Of a stretch of 64,000 bases of DNA, positions 18,804-28,730 are shown one piece after another. The position numbers and the translations under genes were made by a program. A model generated the notes under the pieces. That model saw only the letters and a list, made by a program, of their open reading frames with translations. It searched no databases and was not told the DNA's origin. How positions within the stretch are numbered: position 1 is the stretch's first letter; each line of letters begins with the position of its first letter. Source of the DNA: a bacterium (GTDB taxonomy: Bacteria; UBA8248; JACPRG01; G963555815); NCBI GenBank assembly GCA_965218795.1, contig OZ244653.1:288001-352000 (forward strand), in the 5' to 3' direction.

Positions 18804-19598
18804 GTGGGCCGAATCAGCAATCAATTCGATGAACTGCGCAAAAACGGCGGCAAGGCCCTGATCCCCTTTATAACGGCGGGCGACCCGACGCTGGATTTCA
18901 CGAAAGACCTCGTTCGCCATTTGGAAGAGATGGGAGCCGATCTCCTCGAGTTGGGCGTTCCCTTTTCCGATCCCATGGCGGACGGGCCGATCATTCAACG
19001 GGCCTCCTTCCGCTCTCTGAGGAACGGGACCAGCATGAGCGACGTCCTGCGCCTCGTCGAAGAGATCAGAGAGGTGGTCCGCATCCCGCTCATTTTGATG
19101 ACCTACTACAATCCCATCTTTGCCCTTGGGGAGGAAAATTTCATCGGTCAGGCGGTTCGGGCAGGGGTCGACGGGCTCATCATCCCCGATCTCCCTTACG
19201 AGGAGTCAGGCCCGCTGATGGAGATCACAAAGGGAACCAGCCTGGACGTCATCGCCATGCTCGCCCCGACCAGCACCTCCGAACGGAAAAAGAAATATTG
19301 CAACGGTGCGCGGGGCTTCATTTATTACGTCGCGCAGTTGGGTGTAACGGGCGCTCGGGAGGAATTGTCTGCTGATTTGAAGGATGGCCTCGAGACCGTG
19401 AAGGCTCTGACGGATGTCCCCGTCGCCGCAGGATTCGGGATCAAGACGCCCGCCCAAGCCCGGGAGGTCTCCGGCTCTTGTGACGGAGTCATCGTAGGCA
19501 GCGCATTGATCAGCTTGATGGAAGGCGCGGAAAACCTGGATGACAGGCTTCACGCAGCAGGGGATTTTGTGCGAGCGTTGAAACAGGCTATGGAGTGA
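18804..19598 (+). CDS. trpA: Tryptophan synthase alpha chain
   Basis: FITAGDP, ELGVPFSDPMADGPIIQ, GFGI, DGVIVGSA. Confidence 0.98.
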   Translation: MGRISNQFDELRKNGGKALIPFITAGDPTLDFTKDLVRHLEEMGADLLELGVPFSDPMADGPIIQRASFRSLRNGTSMSDVLRLVEEIREVVRIPLILMTYYNPIFALGEENFIGQAVRAGVDGLIIPDLPYEESGPLMEITKGTSLDVIAMLAPTSTSERKKKYCNGARGFIYYVAQLGVTGAREELSADLKDGLETVKALTDVPVAAGFGIKTPAQAREVSGSCDGVIVGSALISLMEGAENLDDRLHAAGDFVRALKQAME

Positions 19599-19708
19599 AT
19601 CCGTCCGTTCCCGCCCATTGATCAAAACCTTCCCAATAAGAAGTATCGATTTACCCGTTAAATTCCATTCGCGCGTAAAAATCAGCTCGAATTTTCAGAA
19701 AAATATCG

Positions 19709-19736
19709 TTGCGATTTGAAAGTTTTAGTTTATAAT
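19709..19736 (+). promoter_or_regulatory. Putative ftsK promoter in AT-rich intergenic DNA
   Basis: TTGCGA-16 nt-TATAAT. Confidence 0.5.
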
Positions 19737-19780
19737 TCAATAGACAACTTATTGGATTGTTTAAATTTAAAGGGTTTGAT

Positions 19781-22339
19781 ATGGCTTCAGCGATCACCTT
19801 GAAAAAGGGGGCCCCGAAAACAGGGAAAACCGAAAAGTCTCCGGAATCGACCCAATCTCGCATTCTGGAAGGCCTTGCTGTTCTCCTTTTCGGGGTATCG
19901 GTCTTCCTGTGTGTTGCGTTTTTCTCATTTCATCCGCTCGACCCGTCATTGAACCGGGTTCCGGCGAGGGCCTGGGAGGTCCGCAACAGCGCAGGCATTG
20001 CCGGTTCCTACGCTGCCGATGCCGCCGGTCAGGTTTTGGGCGGCGCGGCCCTGGTCTTGCCTCTGGCCGGTCTGCTCATCGGCGCTTCCTGGATCAGGGG
20101 GCGTCGGGTCGAAAGCAAGTGGGGGCTTGCCACGGGGTTGGTTGTGGGCGGTATTGTCGCGGCGATCCTCCTCCAGGATTACAGGGGCTATATGGATTCC
20201 CTGTTTGGGCCCAGAATTCCCGCCGGCGGTCTGATCGGCGCGTTCCTGGCTCCGCTGGCATTCCGTTTTTTCGGCATTGTCGGGGGGTATTTAATCCTGG
20301 CGGTCGCCGGAACCTTCGCCATCCTTCAGTTGGCGAATTTTGGCCTGTCCGATTTACTGAAAGGAGTTTCGAATCTGTTCCAGGTTCTGCTCGCGGGCCT
20401 TCGGTACGCCGGAGTCACAAGCATCCGTCTTCTGGTATGGGGTCTCGCGTTTTGCTGGAGGAAGCTGTTCCGTTCCGGCCGGTGGCTGAAGCAGCCGCTG
20501 ATCGCGACGGGCCGGCTCATCGCCGATTTTGCGTCAGAGCTCAATCCGTTCACCTTTCCCTGGAAAGAGTTTTTCCGACCCCGGCGCAAAGTAAGAAAAG
20601 TAAGAGTTGAGACCGGGCCGCTCGAAGCTGAACCCGTCCACGACGAAGCCTCTTTGCCGCTTCGCCTGGACCCGGTTCCCGTCCGCCTGATCTCGGCCGT
20701 CGGAGAATACGGGCCCAGAACCACGCTGGAAGTTGATGAGACCATCGAAGATATTCCACCCGAGGGCGGTATGGAGGAGGAAGACTTCGCCAGCTCCGAG
20801 CCCCGGCGACCCTCCGAGACTCAGCCGGTCATCGAGATCGCTGCCCCCATTGAAAAGGTGAAGCGAAGAAGGCGGACGCCCCACGCGCTTCCCAGCCTCA
20901 CCCTGCTGGACGACCCGCCGCCGTCGATGGGATTGGCGGACCGGGAAAAGCTGGCCGAGCGATCGGAAACCCTGGTGAACAAGCTGCGCGATTTTGGAGT
21001 CGAAGGATCGGTCGTGCAGGTCCTTCACGGCCCCGTCGTCACCATGTTCGAGTATTCTCCGGCATCGGGGGTGAAGGTCAGCAAGATCGTCAACCTTTCG
21101 GACGATTTGGCCCTGGGGATGAAGGCGCTGTCGGTTCGGATTGTCGCACCCATCCCCGGCAAGGCGGCCGTTGGAATCGAGATCCCCAACCACCACCGTG
21201 AGGCGGTCAACCTCAAGGAGATCCTCGCCAGCCGCGATTTTCAGGACCACGACGGCGTGCTTCCCATGGCGCTCGGCAAGGACATCCTGGGTCGTCCCGC
21301 CATCACCGATCTGGTGAAGATTCCACACTTGTTGATCGCAGGGGCCACGGGTTCGGGGAAAAGCGTCGGATTGAACAGCATGATCTGCTCCCTGCTTTTC
21401 CGAAGGACTCCCCAGGCTCTCCGCATGGTGATGATCGACCCGAAGATGCTGGAGCTGTCGGTATACGACGGCATTCCCCACCTGCTCACGCCGGTCGTCA
21501 CGGACCCCAAACGGGCGTCTATCGTCCTGAAGGGATTGGTTGCCGAGATGGAGCGGAGATACCATCTCCTGTCGGCCGCGGGTGTGCGGAATATCATGGG
21601 ATATAACCAGAAGATCGCCGACGAGCGCCCCGCCCGGTCGAACGGATCAACGGCGGAGATGAACGAGGAGGGACTCGAACCTCTGCCCCATATCGTGGTG
21701 GTGGTCGATGAATTGGCGGATCTGATGATGGTGACCAGCAAGGATGTCGAGGACTCCATCGTTCGGCTGGCCCAGATGGCCCGGGCGTCCGGCATCCACC
21801 TGATCGTGGCGACCCAGCGCCCGTCGGTTGACGTGCTGACTGGTCTGATCAAGGCGAACTTCCCGGCGAGGATTTCCTTCAAGGTCAGCTCGCGGACGGA
21901 TTCCCGGACCATCCTGGACGCCAACGGAGGAGAGCGCCTCCTGGGTCAGGGCGACATGCTCTTCCTGCCGCCGGGGACGTCGAACCTGGTGCGGATCCAC
22001 GGCGCGTTCGTCTCGGAAAAGGAAATCTTCCACGCCGTCGAGTTCTGGAAGGAGCAGGGCGATCCCGAATATGACGGCTCCCTCTTTTCCGCGGTCATCG
22101 GCTCAGGGGTCGATGAGGAGGCCGACGAGGCCGAGTACGACGAAAAGTTCGACGAGGCCGTGGAGCTGGTGGCCAAGACGCGCCAGGCCAGTATCTCCAT
22201 GATTCAGCGCCGGTTGCGCGTGGGATACAATCGGGCCGCCCGAATGATTGAAGTGATGGAGCGGGACGGCATCGTCGGGCCGTCCGACGGCGTCAAGCCG
22301 CGAGAGGTATACGCGCGCGCCATTCCGCAGGACGACTGA
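19781..22339 (+). CDS. ftsK: DNA translocase FtsK
   Basis: N-terminal TMs, PHLLIAGATGSGKS, VDELADLM, ATQRPSVDV, gamma domain LRVGYNRAARMIE. Confidence 0.97.
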   Translation: MASAITLKKGAPKTGKTEKSPESTQSRILEGLAVLLFGVSVFLCVAFFSFHPLDPSLNRVPARAWEVRNSAGIAGSYAADAAGQVLGGAALVLPLAGLLIGASWIRGRRVESKWGLATGLVVGGIVAAILLQDYRGYMDSLFGPRIPAGGLIGAFLAPLAFRFFGIVGGYLILAVAGTFAILQLANFGLSDLLKGVSNLFQVLLAGLRYAGVTSIRLLVWGLAFCWRKLFRSGRWLKQPLIATGRLIADFASELNPFTFPWKEFFRPRRKVRKVRVETGPLEAEPVHDEASLPLRLDPVPVRLISAVGEYGPRTTLEVDETIEDIPPEGGMEEEDFASSEPRRPSETQPVIEIAAPIEKVKRRRRTPHALPSLTLLDDPPPSMGLADREKLAERSETLVNKLRDFGVEGSVVQVLHGPVVTMFEYSPASGVKVSKIVNLSDDLALGMKALSVRIVAPIPGKAAVGIEIPNHHREAVNLKEILASRDFQDHDGVLPMALGKDILGRPAITDLVKIPHLLIAGATGSGKSVGLNSMICSLLFRRTPQALRMVMIDPKMLELSVYDGIPHLLTPVVTDPKRASIVLKGLVAEMERRYHLLSAAGVRNIMGYNQKIADERPARSNGSTAEMNEEGLEPLPHIVVVVDELADLMMVTSKDVEDSIVRLAQMARASGIHLIVATQRPSVDVLTGLIKANFPARISFKVSSRTDSRTILDANGGERLLGQGDMLFLPPGTSNLVRIHGAFVSEKEIFHAVEFWKEQGDPEYDGSLFSAVIGSGVDEEADEAEYDEKFDEAVELVAKTRQASISMIQRRLRVGYNRAARMIEVMERDGIVGPSDGVKPREVYARAIPQDD

Positions 22340-22550
22340 CTCTCCGCCGGCCGAACTTGGTTCAGTCAGCCTTCCCTCATCAATATGCAAGTCCGGCGCG
22401 GCCCGTTTCACGGAATCTCTCATTCCGATCGCCTTCAACGTTTGCCCCGAGTTCCCCTTGAATCAGTTAAACTTCAATCCTGCGAATTTCAGTCTCCGTT
22501 ACCCGTAATCGGGCGGTCGTCGGGGGACGACCACGAAAGGAAGACATCGG

Positions 22551-23546
22551 ATGAACATCGACGTGCATAACCACTTCATCGGAGAGGACGCCAGGGAGTT
22601 CCTCATGAAGGAAGGGGCCGGCCAGGGGCTGACGATTTCCGATGACGGCCGGGGCGGGATGACGATCGATTTCGAAGGGCGCGGGAAGATGGGCGCCGAA
22701 GCGGGCTTTTTCGACATCGACCTCCGGTTGAAGTGGATGGAGGAAAGAGGCATCGACGCCCAGTTGGTGACCATTGCGCCGAGCCATTGCTTATTCGGAA
22801 AGGACGCATCCTTTGCGGCCGAGTACCTGGCCGTTGTGAACAACCATATCGCAAGGCTGGGAACCGAATACCCGGGCAAATTCTTTCCCACGGCCACCGT
22901 ACCCCTCCAGGATGTCGAAAAGGCCGTCGCGGAGGCCCACCGGGCCGTCAACGAGCTCAACGCCCGAGCCGTATTTCTCACGTCCAACGTCAACGGCGGC
23001 TACATGGACGCCCCGAAGTTCGACCCGCTCTATGATGCGGCCCAGGAGCTGGGGGTTCCCCTGTTCGTCCATCCGGCCTTTCCGCCCTCCCTCGAAGGGA
23101 TGGGCGACTATCACCTGTCCAACATCTGCGGCTTCCCCTTTGATCAGACCTTGAACCTGGCTCGGATGGTCCTGAGCGGGGTCTACGAGCGCTTTCCCCG
23201 CCTCCAGGCGTTTTACACCCACGGCGGCGGCACGACGCCTTTCCTCCGGGGACGCTGGAATCACGCCTTCCAGGCCAGAGACGATACGAGCGCGACGATC
23301 CCCCGGCCGCCCAGTGATTACCTCCAACAGATTTGGCTCGGCTCCATGGTTTTTTATCCTCCGACGCTGGAATTCGTCGTCCGCTCGGTCGGTGTGGACC
23401 ATGTCTGCCTGGGGAGTGATTATCCCTACGACATGGCCGACCCCGATCCCGCCGGAACCGTCCGGAAGGTCGCTTCGTTATCGGAGCCTGAGCTCAACGC
23501 CATACTGGGGGGAAACGCCAAGGTGCTTTTCGATTTACATCCCTGA
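22551..23546 (+). CDS. Amidohydrolase_2 family (ACMSD-like) enzyme
   Basis: IDVHNH, LFVHP, HGGG, LGSDYPY, ILGGNA. Confidence 0.9.
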   Translation: MNIDVHNHFIGEDAREFLMKEGAGQGLTISDDGRGGMTIDFEGRGKMGAEAGFFDIDLRLKWMEERGIDAQLVTIAPSHCLFGKDASFAAEYLAVVNNHIARLGTEYPGKFFPTATVPLQDVEKAVAEAHRAVNELNARAVFLTSNVNGGYMDAPKFDPLYDAAQELGVPLFVHPAFPPSLEGMGDYHLSNICGFPFDQTLNLARMVLSGVYERFPRLQAFYTHGGGTTPFLRGRWNHAFQARDDTSATIPRPPSDYLQQIWLGSMVFYPPTLEFVVRSVGVDHVCLGSDYPYDMADPDPAGTVRKVASLSEPELNAILGGNAKVLFDLHP

Positions 23547-23627
23547 CCGGAGAAAGGCTTCCGGTTTACGGCGCGGGCCGATTCATACCTCACGCTCAAC
23601 CGATACGTGGAAGATGAGGGTTCGACG

Positions 23628-24620
23628 ATGATCATCGACGTCCACAACCATTTCATTGGGAATGCCGCCAAGTCCTTCCTTCTGGAGGAGGGGAAGGCTC
23701 GTGGAGTCCCCGCGGAGGAAGATCGCGAAGGGAACTTGGTGGTCGACTTCGGCTTCAGAAAGCTCGCGGCTTCCAGGGATTTTTTCGACCCGGAGCTTCG
23801 GCTCGAGGCCATGAACCGATGCGGCATTGACGCACAGCTTCTGACCGTCTCGGCCTCCCATACATTTCAGGAACAAGATCAAGGCTTCGTGTCAGAGTAC
23901 CTCAAGGCGGTCAACGATGGGATCGGCAAAGTCTGTGAGGAATACCCCGGTAAGTTTTTCCCGACCGCAGTCGTCTCTGTGCGGGATGTGGACGCAGGAG
24001 TTCGGGAGGCCGAACGGGCAGTCAACGAACTGAAAGCCCGCGCCGTGTTCATGACCTCCAATGTTGAGGGGGAGCACCTCGACGATCGAAAATTGGACGC
24101 CCTGTATGGAGCCGTACAGGATCTGGGGGTTCCGCTGATCATTCATCCGACCACCCCGCGGTCCCGTGACGGGATGGACGGCTACCATCTGTTCAACCTT
24201 TGCGGATTTCAATTCGACCACGCGCTGAATCTGGCGCGCATGGTTTTTTCCGGCGTCTATGAGCGGTTCCCGAGGCTGCGTGCGTTTTACACCCACGGCG
24301 GAGGCCCCTCCCTGTTCCTCCTCGGGCGCTGGGACCACGCTCACAGGATTCGGGAGGATACCCGCGCCGCCATCGCCAGTCCGCCGAGCGCCTACTTCGA
24401 TCGAATCTGGGTCGGCACCGTTGTTTTCAACCCGCGCACGCTTGGGTTTGTCATCGACTCCATCGGGGCGGACCACGTGTGCCTGGGAAGCGATTACCCT
24501 TACGACATGGAAGATCCGGATCCGGTCGGATTGGTCCAGCGGGTCGAATCTCTCTCGGAGTCTGATTCGAAGGCCATCTTGGGAGGAAATGCCCTGACGC
24601 TGTTCGGATTGCCCTGCTGA
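23628..24620 (+). CDS. Amidohydrolase_2 family (ACMSD-like) enzyme, tandem paralog
   Basis: IDVHNH, LIIHP, HGGG, LGSDYPY. Collinear with the upstream paralog. Confidence 0.9.
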   Translation: MIIDVHNHFIGNAAKSFLLEEGKARGVPAEEDREGNLVVDFGFRKLAASRDFFDPELRLEAMNRCGIDAQLLTVSASHTFQEQDQGFVSEYLKAVNDGIGKVCEEYPGKFFPTAVVSVRDVDAGVREAERAVNELKARAVFMTSNVEGEHLDDRKLDALYGAVQDLGVPLIIHPTTPRSRDGMDGYHLFNLCGFQFDHALNLARMVFSGVYERFPRLRAFYTHGGGPSLFLLGRWDHAHRIREDTRAAIASPPSAYFDRIWVGTVVFNPRTLGFVIDSIGADHVCLGSDYPYDMEDPDPVGLVQRVESLSESDSKAILGGNALTLFGLPC

Positions 24621-24850
24621 ACCATTCGACGAGAGGAAAAGAACCGGTCCCATTGGATCACCCAGGGACAATCCCACCCATCGACCTCCCCGAAACCCGA
24701 GGCGGCTTGTCTCCCGCCCCTCCGGGGCGCATCATGTGGAATGATGATGCGGGATTGAAATTCACCGGCGACGACCCGGATTCGGCCGGGAAGGCATGAT
24801 GGCGGATGAGACGCCGCGCTGGCCCGGCCGAGGATGAAATCTACACCCTG

Positions 24851-26422
24851 ATGAATTTGCATCAAGACTCCACGGTCGAGAAGAGTCCCGCATCTGCGGA
24901 AAGGGCAGGTGCAGGCTCTCAGGATATCTCGAGGGCGCGCGTGAACCTCGCCGTTATCGGTGTGGCCCTTGGGACGTTTCTCGCCGCGCTGGATATCACG
25001 ATCATGGGCACGGCTATGCCTACCATCGTGGGCTTTCTGGGCGGCCTCCACATCTACAGTTGGGCGTTCAGCAGCTATTTCCTGGCTTCCGTGGTCGCAA
25101 CCCCGATCTTCGGCAAGCTGGCGGATATGTACGGGATTCGACGCGTTTACCTCATCGCTATCGGGACTTTTGTGGTTGCCTCCGCTCTTTGCGGGATGTC
25201 CCAAAACATGCCGATGCTGATCGTCTTCAGGGGGTTTCAAGGAATCGGCGGCGGTTCGCTCATGGCCCTGAGCCTGACGGTCTTGGGCGTGTTGTTTCCT
25301 CCCGAGCGACTGGGCCGGACGATGGGCATCATGAATGCCGTTTGGGGGGTCGCTGCTATCGCCGGTCCCATGATCGGCGGAATCCTGGTGGAGAAGATTT
25401 CCTGGCGGTGGATTTTTTACATCAACCTCCCGACCGGATTCGCCGCCGCGGCCTTCGTGATGTCCGGTTTGGCCCGAAAGCAGGAGACGCGAAGCCGACA
25501 GCGTCCGGATTATCCGGGTGGGGTCACTTTGCTTTGCGGGATCGTTGCCCTTCTTCTTGTCGCGGGGCAGGGCAAGCCCAAGCCGTTCGGTTGGATGGAC
25601 GCCCTCCTGCTGACCGTCGGACTGGCGCTTTTGGCCTTCTTTGTCTGGAACGAGTCCAAAGCGGAGGAGCCGATTCTCCCCCTCTCGTTATTCCGGATCA
25701 GAAAATTCGCATTTGCGAGCCTGCTTGGTTTCCTGACGGGAGCGGGATTTTTTACCGCCACGGCCTACGTGCCACTGTTCTATCAAGGCGTCATCGGGGC
25801 CACCGCCATTGGGGCCGGCGCCGTGCTGATGCCGATGAGCCTGGGATGGTCCATCTCCAGCTCCTTCGGGATCTCTTTTTTCATCGGCCGGGTGAGCTTG
25901 GAGCGGCTCCTCTCCCTCGGGTTCGTGTTTCTCTTTCTGGCGTACATCCTCCTCTCCCTGGTAAGCGTGGATTCGTCCTACATGCAGGTCGCCGCCGCTA
26001 TGACGATCCTGGGGATTGGAATGGGCTTCATCTTTACAATGCTCCTGACCATTGTGCAAACCGGCGTCCCCAAGGTGCATTTGGGCGTTGTGACTTCTTC
26101 CACCTTCCTGTTCCGTCAACTCGGCGGTGCGGTGGCGATCGGAATCATGGGCGGCGTGATGAGCCGCGGTCTGACGTTCCGACTGTCCGCCTTTCGCGAG
26201 GCTTCCTCTCAGCCCCATGTTCTGGATTCGATCTCGGGCCCCCGGGACCTCGTGAGGCCTGAAATCATGGAAAAATTTTCAGTCGATACCGCAGCGGCTC
26301 TGAAGGGGATTCTTGCCGACTCCTTGTCTCCGGTGTTTTTGCTCGTTCTGGCGGTCATGGGGGCGGGCCTTTTGCTGAGTCTCTGGTTTGCGTCGGGAAG
26401 TGGAAGGCCGGACGGACCATGA
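24851..26422 (+). CDS. MFS transporter, DHA2/EmrB-QacA type
   Basis: LAALDITIMGTAMPTI, GKLADMYG, RGFQGIGGG, WRWIFYINLP. Confidence 0.92.
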   Translation: MNLHQDSTVEKSPASAERAGAGSQDISRARVNLAVIGVALGTFLAALDITIMGTAMPTIVGFLGGLHIYSWAFSSYFLASVVATPIFGKLADMYGIRRVYLIAIGTFVVASALCGMSQNMPMLIVFRGFQGIGGGSLMALSLTVLGVLFPPERLGRTMGIMNAVWGVAAIAGPMIGGILVEKISWRWIFYINLPTGFAAAAFVMSGLARKQETRSRQRPDYPGGVTLLCGIVALLLVAGQGKPKPFGWMDALLLTVGLALLAFFVWNESKAEEPILPLSLFRIRKFAFASLLGFLTGAGFFTATAYVPLFYQGVIGATAIGAGAVLMPMSLGWSISSSFGISFFIGRVSLERLLSLGFVFLFLAYILLSLVSVDSSYMQVAAAMTILGIGMGFIFTMLLTIVQTGVPKVHLGVVTSSTFLFRQLGGAVAIGIMGGVMSRGLTFRLSAFREASSQPHVLDSISGPRDLVRPEIMEKFSVDTAAALKGILADSLSPVFLLVLAVMGAGLLLSLWFASGSGRPDGP

Positions 26423-26695
26423 AGCAAGTCGTCAAGAACCTCAATTCCCGGTTCAACGGCATCCGAGTGGGAAGGGCGGGTTGAGGGGGCACGTGGTTTG
26501 GGGACGCCTCGTCAAGCGGCCCTTTTCCTGGATTCCCGCTTGCGCGGGAATGACAGACTGTTGTACGGGGGCCTCGTTTGTCATCCCCTCGGAAGCGGGA
26601 ATCCACTCCCCGACCTGGGCAGGGGCAGGCTCCCCGCCTGAAACACTCGGGGGCAGGCCCCGCCTGCCAGCGCAATTGTCCTTTCACCATGAAGC
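26416..26695. mobile_element. Putative non-autonomous insertion bearing a REP-like pair, bounded by 10-bp direct repeats
   Basis: ACCATGAAGC at 26416-26425 and 26686-26695, with internal inverted REP-like units. Confidence 0.45.
26530..26604. repeat. Inverted pair of REP/dRS3-like palindromes
   Basis: GGATTCCCGCTTGCGCGGGAATGAC (26530-26554) and GTCATCCCCTCGGAAGCGGGAATCC (26580-26604). Confidence 0.8.
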
Positions 26696-26931
26696 CGTGC
26701 GCGGGTGGATCCGAGATTGAAATCGCCCCGGGAGAGGCGTGGTTCGAGCGGGGTCCGGATCCCGTCTATGCATACGCGACGGACGATGCATCAGCCGGGT
26801 TTATCCGGGTCATGGTTCTCCCGGCGGCCCTGAAGGGGAAAAGCTCGATTCGTTATGTGAATCCCGAAGACTTGAACAAGCCGAAAAGCCAGCAGTATAC
26901 GGTTTTCGTGGACGAATTCATCGAGATATGA
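26689..26931 (+). pseudogene. C-terminal fragment of a cupin-like conserved protein
   Basis: PGEAWFERGPDPVYA...FIRVMVLP...KGKSSIRYV..ED..KPKSQ resembles the C-terminal half of a protein I recall next to TPP decarboxylase pairs. The N-terminal half appears absent. Confidence 0.55.
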
Positions 26932-26994
26932 ACCTCCGGGTGCTATCATAGGGCCGGTCGAAAGGTCGGTATCCACGGCACTTGGGAACGGGAT

Positions 26995-27498
26995 GTGACC
27001 TGGTCCGAACAACTGTTTACGCAACTGAAAGAGATTGGTGTACGGCTCTGCGTCACCCTGCCGGACTCATGGATTCAGGACCTGATCGTCCGGGCGGAAG
27101 AGGACCCGGACATGATTCATGTGCCCGTTGCCCGGGAGGAGGACGGCATCGGCATCTGTTGCGGAGCCTCGGCCGGGGGGATGCGCTCGGCCATGATCAT
27201 CCAGAACGTCGGCGCCATGAACAGCACGGGGGCCATTGCGACCTTGCCCGTATCGTACGGGTTCCCGTTTTTGATGATCATATCGAACCGCGGGCGGCTC
27301 GGAGATTGGGCATTCTATGATGTGGAGAAAGGCAGAAGCGCGGAAAAAATCCTGGAACAAGTCGGGGTCCAGTGTTTTCCGCTAACCCCCGATTTCGTCG
27401 ATCGGGGTTTCCTGGCGGACGCGTACACGCTTGCCGATGCCAGCCAGAAGCCCATCGCCCTGATGATTACGAAGGAGACCTTCGGGGGCGGATCATGA
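26995..27498 (+). CDS. TPP-dependent decarboxylase alpha subunit (sulfopyruvate/phosphonopyruvate decarboxylase-like)
   Basis: TLPDSWI, VAREEDGIGICCGA, IQNVG, PFLMIISNRG. Confidence 0.85.
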   Translation: MTWSEQLFTQLKEIGVRLCVTLPDSWIQDLIVRAEEDPDMIHVPVAREEDGIGICCGASAGGMRSAMIIQNVGAMNSTGAIATLPVSYGFPFLMIISNRGRLGDWAFYDVEKGRSAEKILEQVGVQCFPLTPDFVDRGFLADAYTLADASQKPIALMITKETFGGGS

Positions 27499-28064
27499 AC
27501 CAGCTGGAGGCGTTCGAAACGTTGGCCGAGCACGTGGGTGACGAGCTGGTCGTGACGGCTATCGGCTCGCAAACCCAACTCTGGCATTCGGTTCTTCACC
27601 GGCCCGGAAATTTTTATTTGAGCGGGCCCATGGGGCACGCCTTGACCTTCGGTTTGGGTCTGGCCCTGGCCCGGCCGAACGAACGGGTCATCGCCGTGGA
27701 GGGAGACGGCGGCTTGCTGATGAATCTCGGCGGGTTGGCTGCGGCGGCCCAGCACCGACCGGACAACCTGTTGATCGTCATCATGGACAATCTGACATAT
27801 GAGCTGACTGGAAAACAGCCCATGGTGAACCAGGGAAACTCGAATTTTGTGAAACTCGCCGAAGGGTTCGGGATCAGCGAGACCGGAGAGGCTTCGACGC
27901 AATCGGCTCTCTCCGGCTCTCTCCGCAGGGCGCTCGGCGAGAGGAAGTTTTTCTTCCTCTGGGCCCGTTTGGAGGCCATGCCCGAGAAGGCGCCCCAGTT
28001 TCCTTATTATCCGTATCAGATCAAGAATCAGTTCTGGGAACATTTGAAGGGGCTGGATGGATAG
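27495..28064 (+). CDS. TPP-dependent decarboxylase beta subunit
   Basis: GPMGHALTFGLGLALA, TPP motif GDGGLLMNLG...DN. ATGA overlap with the alpha subunit. Confidence 0.88.
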   Translation: MNQLEAFETLAEHVGDELVVTAIGSQTQLWHSVLHRPGNFYLSGPMGHALTFGLGLALARPNERVIAVEGDGGLLMNLGGLAAAAQHRPDNLLIVIMDNLTYELTGKQPMVNQGNSNFVKLAEGFGISETGEASTQSALSGSLRRALGERKFFFLWARLEAMPEKAPQFPYYPYQIKNQFWEHLKGLDG

Positions 28065-28129
28065 GCTGGGATGCAGGAAGATGCCGCCGGAAAGACCCGG
28101 TTACGCCTTCCGGCACAGGGAGAGGAGCC

Positions 28130-28570
28130 ATGAGCGTTTTCTATGATCACATTGCCTTAGCCGTCACCGAATTGGAGCGCTCGACCGATTTCTACCGAGA
28201 CATCTTGGGATTGGAGTATTCGAGCACGCGGCGGTTGTCCGACGGCCGTCACCAGACGGTGTTTCACATTGGCGAAGAGATCCTCGTTTTGTTCAGGCAT
28301 GAAGACGGGCGTTACGAGGAGAAGGTCAGAAAACCCAGATCCGGGATGCATCATCTGGCGTTCAGAATGGACGCCCCCTTATACGACGCCGTCATCGATC
28401 GGTGCAAGGCGAACGGAGTCACCCTCCGGCGCCAGGAGGTGAATTCCGGCGCCTTGGGGGAGGGGTACGCGACGTACTTCTACGATCCCGACGGGAACGA
28501 GATCGAGATCAAGAAGTACGAGGATGATCCGAAGTTCAAAGAGCATACGGATCCCGAATACCACGTTTGA
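28130..28570 (+). CDS. VOC/glyoxalase family protein
   Basis: DHIALAV..LERSTDFYRDILG, HHLAF, YFYDPDGNEIEI. Confidence 0.92.
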   Translation: MSVFYDHIALAVTELERSTDFYRDILGLEYSSTRRLSDGRHQTVFHIGEEILVLFRHEDGRYEEKVRKPRSGMHHLAFRMDAPLYDAVIDRCKANGVTLRRQEVNSGALGEGYATYFYDPDGNEIEIKKYEDDPKFKEHTDPEYHV

Positions 28571-28730
28571 GGCACGGACCGGGATCATCTCTTTCATCGC
28601 CAACCTCGCGACCGGGAGACTTCCCCGCCCGCCGATGGGCCGGATGTTTCAATCCTCGGCTTGGATGCTCCGAATCATTTCGTGCGCCTGAGCGACGGGG
28701 GAGAACCCACGCCGCGAGATGGGATGACGA

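Noticed and set aside
19640-19670. dif site next to ftsK (GTTAAAT)
   Set aside because: There is no XerC arm or TTATGTTAAAT match.
26530-26666. CRISPR array
   Set aside because: Only paired, partly inverted repeats are present, with no regular repeat-spacer series and no cas genes.
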